This document shows positions 58,068 to 64,000 of a DNA stretch of 64,000 nucleotides, in pieces. The stretch is taken from contig CAZXCV010000002.1 of the NCBI GenBank assembly GCA_964639215.1, forward strand, positions 7,715 through 71,714, read 5' to 3'. The position numbers and the translations under genes are program-made. The stretch comes from an uncultured Staphylococcaceae bacterium. Its GTDB lineage: Bacteria; Bacillota_I; Bacilli_A; RFN20; CAG-826. The notes under the pieces were generated by a model. The model was not told where the DNA came from, did not search any database, and saw only the letters and a program-made list of their open reading frames with translations. The number at the start of each line of letters is the position of its first letter. The first letter of the stretch is position 1.

Positions 58068-59654
58068 ATGAAAAAAATAGTTAAGTACAGTCTGACAGGC
58101 TTAGCCAGTGTAATTGCTGTCGTATTAGCAGCTGGTTGCAGCAACGTCGCCACATACGAAGTGCAGTTACCAACGGCTGCCGCGGCACTCTCACCAAGCG
58201 ATTTAGAGGCGAAGTACTCAGCGGCCAGCCCACTTGAAATCGACTTTTGGACTGGTTTTGGTTCGGCAGTAACAAGCAATGGCATCGATCCAGTCATCGA
58301 AGCATTCCAAGAAGAGTATCCATATATCAAGGTTACACATACATCGAAAGGTGGCTACCCAAACTTACTTAAAGCCATTAACTTATCGATTACGTCACGG
58401 ACATATCCGAACATCGCCGTTGGATATCCCGACCACTTTGCAAGTTACATTCGCTCATCAATTCAATATGCACTTGATCCATTAATTGATCATGCTAATC
58501 CAGATATTGGTGTCGATATCGATGACTTCATTCAAGATTATATGGTTGAAAATCGTTCGTTCCAATATAAAGACGAAGCGAAAACACAACCATACACCCT
58601 TGGTTTACCTTTCAACAAATCAACCGAAGTCATGGTCGTCAATAAGACGTTTATGGATTGGGTTATTACCAAAGATCCATTAATCACGATTCCAACGACT
58701 TGGGCTGAAGTAGCCGATTCAGGCGCCAGAATCATCACCGTCATGGATGAAGGTGGTTATTTTGGAAAGAAAGTCGATGAACACGGAAACATCAACGCCA
58801 ACGCTGGACGGACTGGTTTCCCGAGACTACTACTCGACTTCACCAACGTCACAAAAGGTGATTTCCGTCCCTTCTCATACGATTCCACCAGCAATTTATT
58901 CATTACATTAGTGCGGCAATGGGGTGGCACCTTCACAAGAATGGGCGAAAACATCACCAAAGGCTACGTTAAATTCAATTCGGCATCAACAATTGAGATG
59001 CTTGATTACTTTAAACAATTACACGATGACAGTATTTTGGCGATTCCACCCGATTTTGATGAAACATCATATAACTCGGGACCGTTCTTAGCGCTAAAAT
59101 CCGTGATGACCGTTTCTTCATCAGCTGGCGTTTACAATAACGTCCCAACCGCTGGGTCATTCGATGTGGAAATCCACCCTGTCATTGGTAAAGATGCAAC
59201 CCATCGTTACGTTATTTCTCAAGGTACGAACATGGCCGTCTTTACGAATCGTGACGCTGAAAAAGTTTTGGCTTCTTGGCTCTTTACACGATTTGCGACG
59301 ACGGTTGTCAATGATGTCTTTGCCATCGGCGCTGGCTACTATCCAGTCACCAATACGATGCTTAATAGCGACATCTATCAAGGCTATATTAATACGACCT
59401 CAGCTAGTAAAAGCGATTTCAGTAAAATTGGAGCCGCTAAAGTCAATGCCAATATATACGGCGACCCGGCGAATGGTTGGATTAAATTCGTCGATCCAGG
59501 GTTCGTTGGTAGTGCTGACATTCGCGAACAAATCGAAACAGTATTTCCAATGTTATTCTATGGCCGCGACGGCGTTCAAATGACTTCACAAGCCATTATT
59601 AATTATAATTACTCGCAGCTCTCGCGGTTTGTTGAACCCGAGGATGCTGCCTAA
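58068..59654 (+). CDS. ABC transporter substrate-binding lipoprotein (large, about 528 aa)
   Basis: Signal peptide with lipobox VLAAGC. Last gene of the ABC operon. Larger than typical sugar SBPs, as seen in Mollicutes. Confidence 0.7.
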   Translation: MKKIVKYSLTGLASVIAVVLAAGCSNVATYEVQLPTAAAALSPSDLEAKYSAASPLEIDFWTGFGSAVTSNGIDPVIEAFQEEYPYIKVTHTSKGGYPNLLKAINLSITSRTYPNIAVGYPDHFASYIRSSIQYALDPLIDHANPDIGVDIDDFIQDYMVENRSFQYKDEAKTQPYTLGLPFNKSTEVMVVNKTFMDWVITKDPLITIPTTWAEVADSGARIITVMDEGGYFGKKVDEHGNINANAGRTGFPRLLLDFTNVTKGDFRPFSYDSTSNLFITLVRQWGGTFTRMGENITKGYVKFNSASTIEMLDYFKQLHDDSILAIPPDFDETSYNSGPFLALKSVMTVSSSAGVYNNVPTAGSFDVEIHPVIGKDATHRYVISQGTNMAVFTNRDAEKVLASWLFTRFATTVVNDVFAIGAGYYPVTNTMLNSDIYQGYINTTSASKSDFSKIGAAKVNANIYGDPANGWIKFVDPGFVGSADIREQIETVFPMLFYGRDGVQMTSQAIINYNYSQLSRFVEPEDAA

Positions 59655-59656
59655 GG

Positions 59657-61114
59657 ATGAGGAAAGCACTAATGAAAGTGCAAAAAATACTACCAATCAT
59701 TTTAGCGGCAGCAACATTATTGATTTCAGGATGCGACAGTTCATTAGCTAGTTCACTGACACCTGATGACTTAAACACCAATGAAACCGATAATTTACGG
59801 CTTGAAACAAACTTTATCAATAAGAATTTTATCGATGATGGAATCGGCGAGGTCACGCTTCGTTCAACAACAGACGGAGACACCGCACGATTTAATGTTG
59901 GCAATTTGAATATAGCGGTGCGGTTTCTTGGCATCAATACCCCTGAATCAACTGGAAAAATCCAACCATGGGGTAAAGCAGCTAGTAAATTCACTGCTGA
60001 AAAGTTAACGAGTGCCGAAAAGATTGTCTTAATCAATGATCGCGACGTCTTTGGCGTTACCGACAGTTCCGGCAACCGTCACCTTGCATTCATTTGGTAT
60101 AAGCCAGTGAGTAGTCCTTATTATCGTTTGCTAAATCTTGAATTAGTTGAACAGGCTTATACCGAAAATCTTCTGTTTGATGCCTCTTCGATTTGCAACT
60201 ATAAAGACGCCTTCCAACGCGGTGGCGAGCATGCCGCAGCGACGAAAGCCCGTATCTATGGTGAGGCTGATCCGGCGTTTGATTACTCAGGTCAAGTTTA
60301 TGACATCTCAATTCGGTTTGCCCGCGAAGCCTATGGTAACGAGGTCCAACTCAAAAACCGGCTTGGCGAACTTGTATTCGATGAAAATGATGAACCAGTG
60401 ATGCTAACACTTGGCGATTCAACGAGAATCAGACTGCGAGTCGTTATTTTGGGTAGCATCGGCAACAACCTTGTTCTACGCGATGTTTATGACCCCGACG
60501 ATGATGGCACTTACGCTTCTATCTATTTATATACGTTATTCCGTGATGCGCCATTCCAAAATCCGGGTGATATCGTCGAGCTTTACTGCAAAGTAACAAC
60601 GTTCAATGACAATATTCAATTGACGGATCCCGAACTCACGACATATAACAAAAAATTCCCGTATGTATTACTGACGCGACCAACCAATAGTGACTACGCG
60701 ACAGTGCTTGAACGTGAAGGCATCGACCCTGAAATTAGTGCCGATCCAATCGACATCACTGATTTATCTCCAGAAACAAGCAGTGACTTTGCCCCATTTA
60801 ACGGTTTCTATGTTTCGGTCATTGTCACAATTCGCGCCGTCTCGTTAGCTCCGGGCGAAGAAGAAGATTCTGGTTATACACGTGGAGATTTCTGGCGTAA
60901 AGACAGCAATAACAATATGACGATTTATGCTTATTTTGCTGGAACTCAGATATCATTTAATTTACGCGTTGATGGTCGTATGTTTCCGTATGTTTACGAA
61001 TTCGAATTTGATTTAGGTGTTGACTATAATGTTTCTGGCTATGTTGCACCTTTCTTTGAAAACTACCAATTGCAATTAATGAATGGTGTGGCAATCACTG
61101 CTGTCACCGAATAA
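59657..61114 (+). CDS. membrane-anchored staphylococcal-nuclease (SNase/thermonuclease)-like lipoprotein
   Basis: Lipobox LLISGC. SNase catalytic core TTDGDTARF...VRFLGINTPES...GKAASKF...GNRHLAFIWY...LNLELVEQAYT matches the DGDT/TPE/R..YGR-LAY pattern of thermonuclease. Long C-terminal domain. Confidence 0.75.
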   Translation: MRKALMKVQKILPIILAAATLLISGCDSSLASSLTPDDLNTNETDNLRLETNFINKNFIDDGIGEVTLRSTTDGDTARFNVGNLNIAVRFLGINTPESTGKIQPWGKAASKFTAEKLTSAEKIVLINDRDVFGVTDSSGNRHLAFIWYKPVSSPYYRLLNLELVEQAYTENLLFDASSICNYKDAFQRGGEHAAATKARIYGEADPAFDYSGQVYDISIRFAREAYGNEVQLKNRLGELVFDENDEPVMLTLGDSTRIRLRVVILGSIGNNLVLRDVYDPDDDGTYASIYLYTLFRDAPFQNPGDIVELYCKVTTFNDNIQLTDPELTTYNKKFPYVLLTRPTNSDYATVLEREGIDPEISADPIDITDLSPETSSDFAPFNGFYVSVIVTIRAVSLAPGEEEDSGYTRGDFWRKDSNNNMTIYAYFAGTQISFNLRVDGRMFPYVYEFEFDLGVDYNVSGYVAPFFENYQLQLMNGVAITAVTE

Positions 61115-61126
61115 AAGGAGAATCAT

Positions 61127-62287
61127 ATGATAAAAAACATGAAATTTGCATTAATGGGTTTATGCGCAGTCTTAACACTTGGACTTACTAGTTGTGGCGA
61201 TAAAGCACTAGTTGAACAAGTGCTAGATCAAGCATTAAACACCCCATCCCTCGCCATTAAAAATAATGGACAGGCACTTGAATCAATTCGTGATGCACCG
61301 GAAGAAATTGATGGTCCGCTATTCTTCCTACCGAGTATTTCCATTTATAATGCGGAATTAGACCTTGAATTTGACGTGACAATCACTTGGACGTATGATG
61401 AGGCGACTGCCTCGAATTGGGCTCCATTACGTGAACGAACAGAAATTCCTGGTTTAATAACAAACACTCTTATTTATCTTGCAATCCCCTATCTTCCAGC
61501 ATATGAGACGGAACCGGTAGCATCAGCGGTCACCGCTACGGCATCGGTTGAATACAATGGAAAATCGTATTCAAAATCCAAAACTTTTGCTGTGAAGTTA
61601 ATGCCCGAAACCGTCGATGTCTCAAATGTCCCACTTATTCCACTGAACACGGCAACTGCTCCCACTGACGGACCGAAAGATAGTTATGGCGGCGCCGTTG
61701 TTCGGATGCAGGGATATCTGACGAGGAATATGCTCGATTGGGACTCCGCTTACATTCAAGCTGGCTCAGCTGGTATCAATCTTTACAAGTTAAGTTTATC
61801 CCCGGTATTACTAACTATAGTTTCCTTAGGTGACTTTATTGAAGTCATGGGCACTTTCGCCGTTTATAACGGTATGCGTCAATTGAGTTATATTTCTCGC
61901 ATAAGCATCGTGCCACCAGGCGAAGATGCGGCAATTGTTCCTACGGTTGTCACCGAAGCAACTTGGAGTACGCTTAGAGTTGGTAACGACGGAAGCGTCG
62001 TGCGGATCGAAGGTTTAACATTTGATGCCGCTGGTACCGGTAATGTCACGATTGGTGGCCATGTCACCATCAAGATGAAACTTGGAGCCGTTGGAGTTAA
62101 TGTTTATTTAAACTACCACAACGACCTCAATGGTACGACAGTCCGTCGTCAAGCCATATATGACATTCTGAGTGCTGCCGTCAATGGTGCCACCGTTACT
62201 TACGAAGGTACGCTTGGTTGGTATAATGGCCCACAATTGTTACCGATTCCTGTGTCTGATGTAACACTTGTCCCAGCTGCTAGCTAA
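61127..62287 (+). CDS. lipoprotein of unknown function (possible OB-fold/nucleic-acid-binding accessory)
   Basis: Signal peptide plus lipobox LGLTSC. No recognisable catalytic motif. Co-directional and tightly linked to the nuclease gene (12-nt gap, AGGAG RBS). Confidence 0.4.
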   Translation: MIKNMKFALMGLCAVLTLGLTSCGDKALVEQVLDQALNTPSLAIKNNGQALESIRDAPEEIDGPLFFLPSISIYNAELDLEFDVTITWTYDEATASNWAPLRERTEIPGLITNTLIYLAIPYLPAYETEPVASAVTATASVEYNGKSYSKSKTFAVKLMPETVDVSNVPLIPLNTATAPTDGPKDSYGGAVVRMQGYLTRNMLDWDSAYIQAGSAGINLYKLSLSPVLLTIVSLGDFIEVMGTFAVYNGMRQLSYISRISIVPPGEDAAIVPTVVTEATWSTLRVGNDGSVVRIEGLTFDAAGTGNVTIGGHVTIKMKLGAVGVNVYLNYHNDLNGTTVRRQAIYDILSAAVNGATVTYEGTLGWYNGPQLLPIPVSDVTLVPAAS

Positions 62288-62305
62288 TCATTTATTAAAG
62301 ATACG

Positions 62306-62332
62306 AGCCCATCGTATGATGGGCTTTTTTAT
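62306..62332 (+). terminator. rho-independent terminator after the lipoprotein operon
   Basis: AGCCCATC-GTAT-GATGGGCT followed by TTTTTTATT. Confidence 0.8.
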
Positions 62333-62351
62333 TGATAGGAACAGTTTTACC

Positions 62352-62380
62352 TTGCACCACTGCTAATAGTGATGTAATAT
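62352..62380 (+). promoter_or_regulatory. promoter for tRNA-Lys
   Basis: TTGCAC, 17-nt spacer, TAATAT, about 10 nt before the tRNA 5' end. Confidence 0.4.
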
Positions 62381-62390
62381 TATCGCGCAT

Positions 62391-62466
<76 letters not shown>

Positions 62467-62476
62467 GTGCGCATTC

Positions 62477-62501
62477 GCCTCGGGATCACGAGGCTTTTTT
62501 T
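62477..62501 (+). terminator. rho-independent terminator after tRNA-Lys
   Basis: GCCTCG-GGATCA-CGAGGC followed by TTTTTTT. Confidence 0.8.
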
Positions 62502-62543
62502 ATCGCTGTTGTTTTATCTAAGCTTTGATACTACAATAAACGT

Positions 62544-62960
62544 ATGAAACAAGCAGAATTTAAATTATTAGAAAAAATATTTATCGCGCTTAAAACGCAT
62601 AAATCCAAGTTTGTGACAGCCGAAATGATTGCCCAGACGATTGGAATCTTACCCGAAAAAATCCAAGAAATTTGTGCTACTTTTAATCCGCTAATTACAA
62701 TTGATTATTCATACGATTTAAAGCAAATCATTCCTGATATTGAGGCATTTTTAACCACAAAATCCAAAATGACAAAGAAAAATCAAACAAAGAAACAAGT
62801 GAGCAATTACGAGCGTGTCATTGATTTTGTCTATGATAAAATGACATTTAACGGCATTGTCGATCGTTCGGCAGTGTTATCTGATGCCGACCTAAGAGAA
62901 ATTAAATTCATCGCTATGAATGAATTAAAAATAAGACGCGCCAACAAAAAAAAGAAATAA
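62544..62960 (+). CDS. hypothetical protein, possible winged-helix DNA-binding N-terminus, lysine-rich C-terminus
   Basis: 138-aa ORF with a weak RBS. N-terminal FVTAEMIAQTIGILPEKIQEI resembles an HTH. KKKK tail. No family recognised. Confidence 0.3.
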   Translation: MKQAEFKLLEKIFIALKTHKSKFVTAEMIAQTIGILPEKIQEICATFNPLITIDYSYDLKQIIPDIEAFLTTKSKMTKKNQTKKQVSNYERVIDFVYDKMTFNGIVDRSAVLSDADLREIKFIAMNELKIRRANKKKK

Positions 62961-62994
62961 CCGCTTTCATCAACCACAAGGTAATAAGTGTTAT

Positions 62995-63022
62995 TGTTTA
63001 AGCCATTAGTATAAAGTATACT
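62995..63022 (+). promoter_or_regulatory. promoter of the pyruvate:ferredoxin oxidoreductase gene
   Basis: TTGTTT, 16-nt spacer, TATACT. GGAGG RBS before the ATG at 63048. Confidence 0.35.
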
Positions 63023-63047
63023 AATGATTGATTTCATGGAGGAATAT

Positions 63048-64000
63048 ATGAGCATTAAAAAATCATTTCTATCAGTTGATGGGAATACTGCTGCCGCTTT
63101 GGCAAGTTACAACTTTACGGAAGTCGCCGGCATTTACCCAATCACACCATCTACATCAATGGCGGAACTCGTCGATGTTTATGCATCTCAAGGGCGCCTA
63201 AATTATTTTGGAGCAAAAGCTCGCGTTGTCGAAATGCAATCTGAAGGAGGCGCCGCGGGAACGGTACATGGAGCCTTACAAGCTGGTGCCTTCGCCACGA
63301 CGTATACCGCAAGCCAAGGACTTTTGTTAATGATTCCAAATATTTATAAATGGGTTGGCGAATTACTTCCGGCCGTTTTACATGTGGCCGCACGTAGTAT
63401 TGCTACCCGTGCTTTATCAATCTTTGGTGATCATCAAGATATTTATGCCGTTCGACAGACCGGTATTACGATGCTTTGCTCACACTCAGTTCAAGAAGTG
63501 GCTGATCTCGCTCCGATGACCCATTTACTGGCAATGGATTCAGAAGCCCCGGTTTTACACTTTTTTGATGGTTTCCGAACTTCTGCTGAAATTCAAAACG
63601 TCGAATTTGTCGAAGACGCCGAATGGAAAAAACTATTACCGTTTGCCAAAATTGAAAAATTCCGTAACCGCGCGCTTAATCCTCACGGTCATGCTGTCAC
63701 GCGTGGTGGCGCCGAAAACGGTGACATTTATTTCCAAGGCCGCGAAGCTCAAAGTGTTCATTATGAAAAAGTCGTCGGCTATGCCGAAAAATATTTCCAT
63801 GAAGTAAATCGATTAACGGGTCGCCACTATGCACCATTTACGTATACGGGAGCACCCGATGCTGAGTATGTCATCATCGCAATGGGTTCAGTCACTGAAG
63901 CGATTGGCGAGGTACTTGATGTTTTATTAGCCGAAGGTCGAAAAGTCGGGCTTGTCAAAGTTCATTTATACCGACCATTCTCCGCTAAGCATCTAGCTGA
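63048..64000 (+). CDS. nifJ: pyruvate:ferredoxin (flavodoxin) oxidoreductase, N-terminal part (3' end outside window)
   Basis: Open frame to the window end. The N-terminus MSIKKSFLSVDGNTAAALASYNFTEVAGIYPITPSTSMAELVD matches PFOR domain I. Absent from the ORF track because no stop lies within the window. Confidence 0.85.
   Translation, partial: MSIKKSFLSVDGNTAAALASYNFTEVAGIYPITPSTSMAELVDVYASQGRLNYFGAKARVVEMQSEGGAAGTVHGALQAGAFATTYTASQGLLLMIPNIYKWVGELLPAVLHVAARSIATRALSIFGDHQDIYAVRQTGITMLCSHSVQEVADLAPMTHLLAMDSEAPVLHFFDGFRTSAEIQNVEFVEDAEWKKLLPFAKIEKFRNRALNPHGHAVTRGGAENGDIYFQGREAQSVHYEKVVGYAEKYFHEVNRLTGRHYAPFTYTGAPDAEYVIIAMGSVTEAIGEVLDVLLAEGRKVGLVKVHLYRPFSAKHLA

Noticed and set aside
63151-63393. 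80-aa minus-strand ORF
   Set aside because: It lies antisense within the clearly conserved N-terminus of the pyruvate:ferredoxin oxidoreductase gene.

Overview
This window is a highly syntenic core-genome segment from a low-GC Gram-positive bacterium of Firmicutes/Mollicutes-like type. It uses the standard genetic code, since TGA functions as a stop codon (for example, pcrA and adk both end in TGA). The gene order is: pcrA (3' end), ligA, gatCAB, DegV (minus strand), a queuosine salvage/modification cluster (QueT-like transporter, tgt, queA, queH), then the complete S10-spc-alpha ribosomal superoperon (rpsJ through rplQ, including secY, adk, map, infA, rpmJ and rpoA, but lacking rpmD/L30). 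Next come a HAD hydrolase and a class II CPD photolyase, then cysS, mgtC, rlmB, a SigH-like sigma factor, rpmG, secE and nusG. A convergently inserted ktrAB K+ uptake pair follows, then rplKAJL, a ybxB-like methyltransferase and rpoB-rpoC. The rpoC-rpsL junction carries an insert of one NCS2-type permease and two tandem paralogous HExxHxxGxxD metalloprotease lipoproteins. The window then continues with rpsL, rpsG, fusA and tuf. Downstream are an RDD-family membrane protein and a CUT1-type ABC transporter (ATPase, two permeases, a large substrate-binding lipoprotein). These are followed by a staphylococcal-nuclease-like lipoprotein, a further lipoprotein of unknown function, tRNA-Lys(CTT), a small hypothetical protein and the 5' end of a pyruvate:ferredoxin oxidoreductase gene. 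No CRISPR array, IS element or obvious defense island is visible. The most interesting non-core content is the surface nuclease/ABC/lipoprotein locus, the protease insert in the str operon junction, a candidate preQ1 riboswitch ahead of the QueT-like gene, and a class II photolyase embedded in the ribosomal gene region. Several operator-like palindromes are also present. Most minus-strand ORFs in the supplied track lie antisense within conserved genes and are judged spurious.
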